A stretch of 63,009 nucleotides of DNA, the filler included, from Craspedostauros australis (lineage: Eukaryota), in NCBI GenBank assembly GCA_030167865.1. It is 21 parts of 21 records of this genome, joined end to end, with 100 filler letters (N's around TTAATTAATTAA, not from the genome) between each part and the next. Parts side by side here need not be neighbours in the genome. Positions count along the whole stretch, not along the records: positions 12,412 to 14,212 come from JALAGF010002513.1; positions 14,313 to 22,574 come from JALAGF010002514.1; 19 more parts are not named here. One strand, given 5' to 3'. Both the position numbers and the translations under genes were made by a program. Below, piece by piece: positions 12,412-22,674 of the stretch; position 1 is the first letter of the stretch, and every line of letters begins with the position of its first letter. The notes below the pieces were generated by a model. That model did no database searches. It saw only the letters and a list, made by a program, of their open reading frames with translations, and was not told the DNA's origin.

Positions 12412-12860
12412 ACTGACGTCGACAGGATGTCATCGTGTCACCACGTCGACATCTGTCTCCAAGTCAGAGCAGGAGGCGAAGATCCGATGACCGAACGACA
12501 TCGGCATCATGGATACGAAAGGTGAACTTCAAATGGCGAGTACTCATGGAGTAGGAGCCAGTACTGAATGAACGGAGTGTCGAATACGNNNNNNNNNNNN
12601 NNNNNNNNNNNNNNNNNNNNNNNNNNNNNNNNNNNNNNNNNNNNNNNNNNNNNNNNNNNNNNNNNNNNNNNNNNNNNNNNNNNNNNNNNNNNNNNNNNNN
12701 NNNNNNNNNNNNNNNNNNNNNNNNNNNNNNNNNNNNNNNNNNNNNNNNNNNNNNNNNNNNNNNNNNNNNGAGTAGCCAAGTAATGAAATAGCAAACGAAC
12801 GACTATCAACCAACACCATCTTCCACGATCGTAGGTTACCGTGCGCGGAACTTGCCAACA
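12412..12860. mobile_element. LTR family A, right part
   Basis: Matches 28938-29391; ends ...CTTGCCAACA, then flanks diverge. Confidence 0.75.
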
Positions 12861-14080
12861 CATTTAGTCAGTTCATGTTCTGTCATTCGGTCACTGTCTG
12901 TAATGAGTTGGTCATATGTGCATACAAAATGTCAATCACAATCAAATCCAACCTGGCGCCCACTTCCAACACACTCCAAAGGATCTGGTCACGAAGTATG
13001 AGGTCTTAGATCCGTCTGGAAGGTAGTCAAATCTGAGAATCTAGATTTCGAGCGGTGCTGTGGGTGACAGTACAGCGAGCTACGCATCATACTGTACAGT
13101 AGATTGCCCATATGTGCCAATAAATGTCAATCGCAATGAAATCCAACCTGACGCGCACTTACAACACACTCCAAAGGATCTGGCCACGAAGAATTAGGTC
13201 CTAGATCCATCTGGAAGGTAGTCAAATCTGGATGTGGAGATTTCGAGTGGTGCTGTGGGTGGCAGTCCGGTGCTCCATCTACCTCACAAGACGCAATGTT
13301 CCACTTGAAGTCTAGATCCATCGATTTGAACACCTTCTAGATGGATCTAGGACCTAATTCTTCGTGGCCAGATCCTTTGGAGTGTGTTGTAAGTGCGCGC
13401 AGGGTTGTATTTGATTGTGATTCACGTTTTCTATGCACATTTTGACAATCTACTGTGCAGTTTGGTGCGTGGCTCGCAGTACTGTCACCCACAGCACCAC
13501 TCGAAATCTCCACATCCAGATATGGATGCCTTCCAGATGGATTGGAGACCTCATACTTCGTGGCCAGACGCTTTGGAGTGTGTTGTAAGTGCGCGTCAGG
13601 TTGGATTTCATTGCGATTGACATTTTCTATGCGCATTTTGACAATCTACTGTACAGTATGGTGCGTACCTCGTTGTACTGCCACCCACAACACCACACAC
13701 AATCTCCACATCCAGATATGGATACCTTCCAGATGGATCTAGGACCTCATACTTCGTGACCAGATCCTTTGGAGTGTGTTGTAAGTGCTCGCCGGGTTGG
13801 ATTTCATTGCGATTGACGTTTTATATGCACATTTTGACAATCTACTGTACAGTATGGTGCGTAGCTCATAGTACCGTCACCCACACTACATGATATCTAG
13901 ATTCTCAGATATGGATGCCTTCCAGATGGACTGGAGACCTCATACTTCGTGACTGTACTCGCTGAGGTGTTCTCGGAGTGGTGGAGTTGTTTTAATCAAG
14001 TATGCTTGACATTTTGTATGCACATATGACCAACATAGTACACACCGTGACCGAACGGTATCATGAGAACTGGCTATATG
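12861..14080. repeat. Foldback-like long inverted repeat built from ~195-bp tandem units
   Basis: Forward units at ~12932 and 13127; reverse-complement units at ~13333, 13529, 13725 and 13918; outer arms 12861-12935 and 14006-14080 are inverted copies. Confidence 0.85.
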
Positions 14081-14312
14081 AGATTTATCACTCGTTGCAG
14101 CTGGATCTGGACCGTCCCAAGGTAGGTGCATGCCCATGACCGATGTCAGTATGCAATATAGTTGGTTTAACCCTCTCCTCGTCTTCCGCAGAACAGGATT
14201 CATCAACACCATNNNNNNNNNNNNNNNNNNNNNNNNNNNNNNNNNNNNNNNNNNNNTTAATTAATTAANNNNNNNNNNNNNNNNNNNNNNNNNNNNNNNN
14301 NNNNNNNNNNNN

Positions 14313-17300
14313 GTCGATGTGCCGAAAATACAGAGCCACAGGTGTCTGTTTCGTGCAAATGTCGGATGCATTCAAGTCTGATGCGACTTCTGGGTACGTC
14401 AGGAGATCTCTCTCCACCCAATCGAGGACCGCGAACTCTCGGATCGCTATGTGGCGCGAATTCCGGGTAGGCTGACTGGCGCTGGCCATCAGCCGAGCAC
14501 CGCGATTGTCCTCGAAGATCATAGTCGCATACTGTTGCTTCACTCCAACTTCATCGAGAATGGACCGAAGCCACAAGGCCATGCGGCCAGCATCGCTGGC
14601 AGCAACGAACTCGGCCTCAGTGCTGCTGAGGGAAACAGTGGGCTGTACCCGCGTCTTCCACGCAACGGCGGCGCCTCCAAGCATGTAGATGATGCCGGTC
14701 ACCGAACGCCGATGTCGAATGTCGACCCCCCAATCCGCATCAGTGTACCCATACAGAGTGGAAGCATCGAGCTGTTGTATGCCAGTGACATCATGAATGA
14801 CATCGTCCGCAGGGGATAGCCGGACAGGATGTGGCGCCTGGGGTAGACCCACGAGCGGTCGGACACGCCAATATGTCACGCCATGGTCACGCGTGCCAGC
14901 AACATACCGCATGAGGTATTTCACCCCTTCGAAGTGTAGAGCAGCAGGGTTGGTGGAGAACTGCGAGAGCTTGACGACAGGGAATGATATGTCTGGTCGG
15001 CACGATATCATGGCCCAAATCAACTCGCCAATGGCCTGTCGATAACCAAACTTGAACTGGCTCGCCACTCGTCGGCGCTCGTCATCATCACCTGGGAGGT
15101 CAGCCTTGTCCAAGCTCTTAACGTAGGAATTGTCGGATCTCATAGGCAGCCGTTGAGTGGTCTTGAAGTTCTGCCACTGATACCTCTCCAGCATCTTGTC
15201 AACGTAGGACGTGCAATGGACCTTGACGAAGTCTTGTGTTTGGTCGATGTCTAATCCATTGTAGTGCACCACCAGCCCTTGTCGCGTCATGGGTTGAAAG
15301 AGGTGCGCATCGAGCGAGTCACAGAACTTGTTGAAGACACCCTCGGTGGAGGTCGCGACCGCAAAATCATCCACTTGTCGGAGCACGTAGACTTTGGACG
15401 CATCGACGCTTCCCACGTACAGGCATGGAGCATGCGTGGTACCGTGGAACCCCATCTGCCGTAAGAGACCATTGACGTGGTTGCTCCACTGTCTGGGTGC
15501 TTCCGGATGTCCCTGAAGATTCTTGTGGACGGGAATGACAGCTCCTCGTGGCATGACCTTGCCTCGCCGTTTCTCCCACCAAGAGCGATACTGGTCATCG
15601 ACTCTCATGTAGTACCGTTGTTCCCCAGCAGGAGCTTCAGCGAAGGCATTGGTAACGTCTGATCCGTACACCCGGAGCCCTTGCACTGCCGCAATTGCCA
15701 GAAGAATGCGGAACTCCGTCAAATCCGGTGTAGCAGCGTAGGTGTGCCCAAAAATGCGAGCATGGCCTCCACGCGTTGATCCATCGCAAACCGCTCGAGC
15801 TTTCTTCCGGTTATTCTCGTGCGTTTTGACGACGTACACCCACACCCAGTTGAACACAGCAGCCTGAGCAGGCGGTAACACTGGTTCACCGAATATCTGT
15901 TGTGCATCGTACTGATCGAGCTGCTTGTCCTCGGCCGCGCTCCATTCAGGCCAATCATCTTGTTGCCGCAGCATGCGTCGAGTCAACTTCGTCGGAGCAT
16001 TCGTGACGCTGGTAGCGTGTGCCGTGGGACGCGCGGACTCGATGATGTCCCTCACATGTCGGAGTTGATCGAAGTACAGCTGGGGCACACCAGTTTGCGA
16101 CATCGCGTTGCGTACATCGTCGAAAGCGAACACGAATGTGGCACTGGCAGCCTTGTTGGCACGAAGGCGATCGATGCACTCCTTCAGCTGGTCGAGTGTG
16201 TGAATGGAAGTCTCGTTCACCGCAAGGAGATGCGAGTGTCGAAGCCGCGACCGCCACCTCGGAATGCGAGCAGAGGGCTGGCCAGACCTGCACATCACCA
16301 GCACAAGACGGTCACGCTGGTCATCGTAATCGAACTCCAACCCAAGCGTGGCATCCGTGCCGGCGATCGCAATCTGTTGGTCGAAGCTGAACCCAAACGG
16401 ATTGTCGGCCATCTCAATGTCCACTGCATGTGTTGCGTTCGTAGTTTGGCAACTAGCAGCGGATGCATGTTGTGCAGCCCTGTCAACCAAATCTCCGAGG
16501 GGCAGTGGTATTCTGCACGCGATGGCAGGCGCCTTCGTGTACTTGACCCTGGCAGGCGGGTATGCAGCAGCATCCACGACGCGACCACGAGGTGCATCTG
16601 CACTCGGTTGCTCGAAGCCCAGATCGAAGAGAAGCTGTGGGCCAGGCGGTCGGTCGGACGACATGAAATGCGCCTCATCGAAGACAATATTCCCAGCTCG
16701 CTTGAACCGACCTGTCTGCAAGTCGTAGTACTCGTGCAGCGACGGCGTGGCGGTATGCCCAACAAAAACGCCATCGTATGTATGGATGTCAAGTTTGGCG
16801 GCAGCCTTCCCAGGCTTCTTCACCGTGACACGAGACCCGAAGACTCGCAAGTGCGAAAGGTCTGGCACCACCCCATGCTGGCGTTGATATGGTGTCATGC
16901 CAATGGTGGAGTGATGCAACCGGTTCTTGAGGTAGACCGCATGTGCGAGAGCCTTCGACCAGAACTGCGGGTGCATGCCTGACGAGTACAGCAGAGCTCG
17001 CACCATGGTGCCAAATGTACGGTTGAGTCTTTCGACTTTGCCGTTCATCCAAGCACAGTCGGCTCCGGTGGGCTCCACAGAGTATCCACACTCCAAGACC
17101 ATCTCTCGAAACTGATCGGACCGCGCGAGCTCGCCTCCCAAGTCAACACGAACCGCACGATAGCCGTCCTTGCGCCCGAAAGAAGAGAGCACATGCCTGA
17201 CAGCCGAGATCGGTGGTGACTTGTCCTTGGTCATGAACACCCACACATACGCCGTGTATGCGTCCACGACGAGGAGATACGCGCAGTATCCATCAATGGA

Positions 17301-18245
17301 CTGGACCACCCGAGGAGTGTTGCGGTTGGGTCGTCCTTTGCCATACTCCGCACTGGACGCGCGCATGAACCCAAAATCCACATGGAAACGCGCGCCTGGC
17401 ACATTGGCAGTGGTAGAATCGTTGGGTCCACGCACAGCGTGCTGGTAGCCTGCTTGACTGCATGTGTCACAGTGTCTCAGGGGATGGATGCCCTCACTAG
17501 CAGCAGCGGGTATGCCTGTGGCGCACTTCGCCAGTCGACTCAGCTGGCTCATGCCAACATGTCCCAGACGAAGGTGCCACAGCTCCGAGATGAGGGCCTT
17601 GGACGCTCTCCGAACAGAGAAAACTTGCGAGGACGGACCTTCAAAGTAGTACAGTCCGTTCCTCACCACCAAGGGTACCACCACTGGACCCGCGTCCGAC
17701 GTGAAGACGACTCGAGCACCAGCTGGATTGGACTCGACGCAGAAGCCGCGAAAGTCATTGTCGGATTGTCTGACAATAGCTTGCGGGGAAACCAGCGTGT
17801 CAGCCAGCTGGGGGCAGTGCAACATGTGTACATCCACATGGCGCTCGCTGTCTCCATGCAACTGCATGACTCCAGCACCTGGGCACGCCATGGCTTGAGC
17901 AGAAGCATTGGCAGCCTCCAAAAGGACCGGCGTGGAGAACGTGCGGTACCCTTGCAGGAGCTGCTGGTGCGGTGTAGCACAGACATTGGCTCCAGGATCG
18001 CATTGGCCACCGTCTTGCGTTCGCCATGCTCGGCCGCCGTAGGATCGGGATTGGACCGCAAAAAGCTGTAACTCAGCATGAGCCACGACGGGCACGAGCT
18101 TGGACGGACGCCCGCAGGGGTAGGCTTGAGTAAGCGAAGACACCTCTCCATGTGGAGCGCCTACCGGTGTCTTGCATTCACTGGAAATGTCGTGTAGCTG
18201 TTCACCAGGAAGCGAAGTTATTCCTGGCCAGCAAGCACAAAATCC
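14313..18245 (-). CDS. pol: Pol polyprotein (protease, integrase, PDZ-like insert, RT, RNase H) in -1 frame relative to gag
   Basis: CDPGAN; LWHLRLGH..CDTC; HVDFG/RVDLGGE/NGKVER; KARAVCDG; RQVDDF; YTDADWG..STEAE..EDN. The frame is open from the GGATTTT site to the gap. Confidence 0.93.
18197..18245 (-). promoter_or_regulatory. Candidate -1 programmed ribosomal frameshift signal (G_GAT_TTT, 6-nt spacer, stem-loop)
   Basis: Heptamer 18245..18239 is in gag phase (CAG GAT TTT); hairpin GCTG-GCCAGGAA/TTCCTGGT-GAA-CAGC at 18232..18197; a -1 shift enters the pol frame. Confidence 0.8.
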
Positions 18246-19921
18246 TGAAGCAGCATTTGTGCCACGCGTTCGGCGACATCGTCATCGTCCATCGCACCTT
18301 CGGCGCCAAGGTCGGCACTGGTAACTTGGAGAGCACGGGCAAAAGCTCGAGACTTGTCCTGCGTGTACGTGTCCTTGAATTTCTCCAGCACCTTGGATGC
18401 CAGGTCCGGCTTGGATTCTCGAAGCTCGGCGAAAGCAAGATGACGGGCCCAGTTGAGGCACGAATCCGCTTTGTGTCCACCTTGACGGCAGGCTGCACAG
18501 AAAGCGTCCTTGTCCGGTTGATAGAAAGCAGATCGCTTGCGCTCACCTCTGGGCCCTCCTTGACCTCCCTGCCGAGCAGACGACCTGGTCTGAACACGGT
18601 GTCCAACTGGGCGATGGGCCGCAGTGGGATCGGGGTGAATGGACCGGGCCAAGGCGGATACGTGCAGATGCGGAGGTACACGCTTGGAGTGAGGTTGAAG
18701 CTCCAACGATGTGATGAGGTGCCCAACGTCCATGCCGCTGGCTCGCAGATCCTCGAGGAACCGTCGCGAGAGCTCCACATCAGTGAAATGTCGCTTGTGT
18801 ACCACGGTCTCCGTCTGCTGAAATGCGAGAAGCGCATCAGCATAGAGCACGATATCCTTGTACTCCGAGTACACAGGGGCTTGGCTCACGGTGCGTTCGA
18901 TACGCTGAAAAGCGTCCAGCAGCACCTGATGGAGAAGGAGGTACCCAGACAGCCGGTGCGGGATGACTCCAAAGCACGCCGTGTGGTAAATCTTCACAGA
19001 CGGGTTGTCCAGATCGAGGACGCCATCCTCCTGGAGCTTGCGATTGAGATGGACTCCAGACCGGAAGACGATGTCCCGAGGGGCATTCTTGGGGATGAGG
19101 GAGCACCGCGGGTTGAAGTGCGAAAGAGGCACGAGCACCACGCCAATGCGATCCGCCTCCCCTTGAAGTTGGGTGTACCATTTGAGCACACTGGCAGGGT
19201 CGTCAACGGACAACTGGCTGGTCCAGCGCTGCCAGTAACCCAAGGCATCGCGATCGGGCTCCAGAGGAGACAGGACAGCCTCGTAGGTAAAGTGTGCGGT
19301 GGCGGCAGGGTTGCCATTGGCTGCCGAGTAGGGCAGTCCGGATCCAGTGATGTAGTCGTGCGGCGCCGGCGGCGTAGTCACAGGAGGAGCACCGGAGATG
19401 TCCAGCGGAGTGTCCTCGGTGGCACCATGTGGGCCTTCACGCGGCGAAGGTGTCGCATCACCTGCCAAAGTCGGTCCGTAGTGGCCGGCCACATCGGGGG
19501 CAGTACCACCGGTCTCAGAAGGATTTGGGCCGGCAGGTGGTGGCTTGAGCGCCGCGTCGGCAGCTGGAGGCGGAGGTCCCTTGCCAGTTGTTGGAACAGC
19601 AGAAGGCTTGCTGTCGCGCTTGTATGTGCGGAGAGTGTCACGGTCGAGCGTCGAAGCCCACGACTCAACATCGGGATTGTCGCGATAGTACGCGCGGAGC
19701 TGGCGGAGACCAAACTCGCGAGTGGGAGAGTTCTTTGCCCAAGCGGCAAGAAACCCGTCGAATGCGTCATCGTCCAACTCGAGGAAGTCCCAAAGATCAA
19801 GGGTGTCCTGAATGTTGGCGCCAGTGACGAAGAGACCAGCCCAATGCCAGTTGAGGCGGGCGAAGAGGGTCGTGAGACCTTTGAGTTCGTCAGAACCGAG
19901 AGGGTCGTTTTTGGCGGGCAT
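18218..19921 (-). CDS. gag: Gag protein with CX2CX4HX4C zinc knuckle
   Basis: First in-frame ATG after the PBS (MPAKNDPLG); CAACRQGGHKADSC; ends QDFVLAGQE*. Confidence 0.85.
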   Translation of the reverse strand: MPAKNDPLGSDELKGLTTLFARLNWHWAGLFVTGANIQDTLDLWDFLELDDDAFDGFLAAWAKNSPTREFGLRQLRAYYRDNPDVESWASTLDRDTLRTYKRDSKPSAVPTTGKGPPPPAADAALKPPPAGPNPSETGGTAPDVAGHYGPTLAGDATPSPREGPHGATEDTPLDISGAPPVTTPPAPHDYITGSGLPYSAANGNPAATAHFTYEAVLSPLEPDRDALGYWQRWTSQLSVDDPASVLKWYTQLQGEADRIGVVLVPLSHFNPRCSLIPKNAPRDIVFRSGVHLNRKLQEDGVLDLDNPSVKIYHTACFGVIPHRLSGYLLLHQVLLDAFQRIERTVSQAPVYSEYKDIVLYADALLAFQQTETVVHKRHFTDVELSRRFLEDLRASGMDVGHLITSLELQPHSKRVPPHLHVSALARSIHPDPTAAHRPVGHRVQTRSSARQGGQGGPRGERKRSAFYQPDKDAFCAACRQGGHKADSCLNWARHLAFAELRESKPDLASKVLEKFKDTYTQDKSRAFARALQVTSADLGAEGAMDDDDVAERVAQMLLQDFVLAGQE

Positions 19922-20047
19922 GATGAGGCGAAGTTGTAACTTTTTGTAGAGAGCGAGGAAAGGGACGAGAAAGGAAGCTGCGCGGATGGGTATTTCCAGT
20001 AACAGCAGAGGGTACAGAGCAGCAGGATTAGCACTAAAGCTTATTTC

Positions 20048-20056
20048 CTCATAACC
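20048..20056 (-). promoter_or_regulatory. Primer binding site GGTTATGAG (half-tRNAiMet type) directly after the LTR end ..CACA
   Basis: Minus strand reads ...ATCATCACA|GGTTATGAGG, the GGTTATG signature of copia elements primed from the tRNAiMet anticodon arm. Confidence 0.75.
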
Positions 20057-20418
20057 TGTGATGATCGGGAGACGATACGGGATGTGTTGTGTGTGTGATG
20101 ATGTTATTGTGATTATCTCCGACCGTGCAGAGGCTGTGAACATGGGATTTGCTGCTGCACCGTCTGTCATGGGACCGTATACCAACAAAAGAAGGAAAAG
20201 ACGGAGACAGCGACATGTCGCGAAAAGTGCGAACGAGAGAAGGTCGCAGCAGCAACAGTCCGAGAGTTCGGCGCGACGGAGGCGCGCGTCCTCGCAGCGC
20301 GGAAAATCCGTTCTCGCGTAGTGTTCGCTCGTACCGCGGAGGGACGTGTGCATCAAAAACACAGCCGCGATCTTTTGAGCCTTGGACGACAAGCGCAAAT
20401 CACTCGTTCGGTGACACA
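20057..20418 (-). repeat. Putative 5' LTR (outer boundary uncertain)
   Basis: Inner end is fixed by CA+PBS; candidate TGTG...CACA termini at 20418 (alternative 20363); no second LTR to confirm. Confidence 0.5.
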
Positions 20419-20486
20419 ACCAGACGACAAATCGAAGGTGGCAAACGCAACTCGTCTTCAGCAGAGAGCAGAGGAGACCCGCGATC

Positions 20487-21680
20487 ATGGCGCAAGCATC
20501 CTCTTTGGCACCATCGCCGCCATCTTCGCCACCGGCTCAGAAAATGTCGACGACTGCAACATTCAACACGGTCATCCTCGTCGTGGTGGCAGCTGCCATC
20601 GGGACCATCAAAAAGAGGAACGACAACCTCGACGATGCCGAACTGCCTAATGACCTGGAGGGTCTGCGCTCCTGGAAGGTCACCATGCCCATCATGGCCA
20701 TCGCCTACATCTACGGTGCCGTGCAGACCCTCAGAAGCTCCGCTCTCACCATGGAATGGGTCCAGTCCATCGACTTGTGCTTCCTAGCATCACTCGCCGT
20801 CTCTTTTCAACTGGAGCCACTCATGGAATCCAGACTCGACGAACGTCTGAACAAGCCGTTGTGGCCGATATTGTGCGCAGTCCATCTCTTCAACAGCCTG
20901 ACGCCGCTCTCCATGGTCTCCATCCTGCGCCCAGCCTTGATGGCCCTCAAGAAGGGAGACGCTGCCGACGCCACCGTCACCAAGGACAGCAGCAGCAGCA
21001 AGGCTGATACGAAGCAGACGGAAAAGTCAGAAAGCTGGACGAGCCGGGATCAGATGCTGTCCGACATCTTCTGGGGTCTGGGTGCAACCATCACCATCAT
21101 CGGCAACTTCTCCGAGATCGTCGGTCACGAATTCGACGGATGGGTGTACCTTCCCAAGTCAGAGTCATCGTCGGGATGGACGAACTTCGTTTTCTGCCTG
21201 GGACTGTGCGGCGGCATGAGTGGCCTGGCTGCCGCCGTCACGCCAACAAACACCAAGAAAGTCGCACTGGCCTTCCTCCCGACGGTGCTGGTGGCGTTGG
21301 TACCGGTCACCTTGGGATGGAGCCAATCGATCAAGCCGATCGTGTTCTCATGCCAAGGATTGGCATCCGGCCTTGGTGCGTATGCTGTGGGAAGCACCTT
21401 CGGCAGCCACTGGCCATGGCTGTACTTCGTGCAGTCATTCAACATCGTGAGAAATGCATCCCGCATCCAGTCCACCGGCATCCAGGCCTTGCATCTGATG
21501 ACCTCATGCTTCGGTTTCTTTTCGTACACGGTTCCATTCGCTTTGAGTGTGAACAAGACAACGAAGTCGGCACCGCTGTGGGCTGTGCTCTTGGTGAGTG
21601 CCGCGTCGGTGTACTTGGGCGGTGAATTGGAGAACTACATTGCATCAACAGAGTGGGGACAGTCGACGGGCATTTATTAG
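20487..21680 (+). CDS. Multi-pass membrane protein, unknown family (start may be ATG at 20544)
   Basis: 397-aa intronless ORF with strong codon bias and many hydrophobic segments. Confidence 0.75.
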   Translation: MAQASSLAPSPPSSPPAQKMSTTATFNTVILVVVAAAIGTIKKRNDNLDDAELPNDLEGLRSWKVTMPIMAIAYIYGAVQTLRSSALTMEWVQSIDLCFLASLAVSFQLEPLMESRLDERLNKPLWPILCAVHLFNSLTPLSMVSILRPALMALKKGDAADATVTKDSSSSKADTKQTEKSESWTSRDQMLSDIFWGLGATITIIGNFSEIVGHEFDGWVYLPKSESSSGWTNFVFCLGLCGGMSGLAAAVTPTNTKKVALAFLPTVLVALVPVTLGWSQSIKPIVFSCQGLASGLGAYAVGSTFGSHWPWLYFVQSFNIVRNASRIQSTGIQALHLMTSCFGFFSYTVPFALSVNKTTKSAPLWAVLLVSAASVYLGGELENYIASTEWGQSTGIY

Positions 21681-22674
21681 TGCACTCCCCCAATTGGATT
21701 GATGAGAGAAAGCCATCGCAGATTGGTGCAAGAGAATCTACAGCATTCACATTATAGTAGTACCAGTCACAAACAAAGCCAAGGCAACATGCTCGTACCC
21801 AGTGCTGGAATTCATGATCTCGCATGACGGCGGATTGCAACGGAAGTTGATTTCGCATACTCTGTGCTCTCTTCCGCAGGAGACGTGGTGTGCGCGCATA
21901 CGCCATGCCCATAATCGCCTTTGCGACGACTACTCCGCGATGAGCGAGACAGAATAAAGATGGGCGAGGTGTATCGCGAAAGCTGAGGATCCTAGAATTA
22001 GTTGATAGTTGCATTTTTGAACGATCGTCGTCGCCCTCGCAATTCTTCTTGGAGCTGATTGCATTGCGCTGCTTGTCTCGAATCAAAATTCCCGTACGCT
22101 CTTCATCTCTCCCAGCCCGAAGAGACTTCGCGATACCAACCTGCCCTGGGCTGCTTTCGTGCCATCAGATTCAATCCACACCGGCTGGTGGACACAAACT
22201 GCTTGGGAGGACAAGAGCGAAATCCATTTCGGTGGTGTATTTATGGTAGTATAGCTGTGCCATGATTTGGAGAGATGCAATTGTGGGCGTTGGTGAGACC
22301 TTCATAGCTTGTGTGTGCGAAAACAAATTGCGAAGCACCGTGATCTTGGCATGTCAGTCAGGAGCATTGTGCGAATAAAGCGAAAGACGAGAACAAAAAT
22401 CAATCGCGGCCGCCCTGCGTCATAATTCCGCGCACAGTAGTGACGTACCGTAACCCACAGACCATCAATTCTGCACTTGGTCACATTTTGTTCCGGCGAG
22501 TGGCAACGACGCAAATCTGATGCCATTTGAAGCATGTACGTGCATGTATTGGTACCGAACCGCAACATGCTTCCNNNNNNNNNNNNNNNNNNNNNNNNNN
22601 NNNNNNNNNNNNNNNNNNTTAATTAATTAANNNNNNNNNNNNNNNNNNNNNNNNNNNNNNNNNNNNNNNNNNNN

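Larger units (their letters stand above)
14313..20418 (-). mobile_element. Nearly full-length Ty1/copia (CoDi-like) LTR retrotransposon; 3' end lost in gap
   Basis: Order LTR-PBS-gag(CCHC)-PR-INT-RT-RH, which is the copia order. Confidence 0.95.

Noticed and set aside
18152..19939. 595-aa antisense ORF opposite gag (similar shadows opposite pol, PPIL2 and the choice-of-anchor gene)
   Set aside because: Mirror ORFs expected from GC3-biased sense codons; no protein-like features
19922..20488. N-terminal 189 aa of the 756-aa gag ORF
   Set aside because: Runs through the PBS and LTR; the real start is more likely the ATG at 19921
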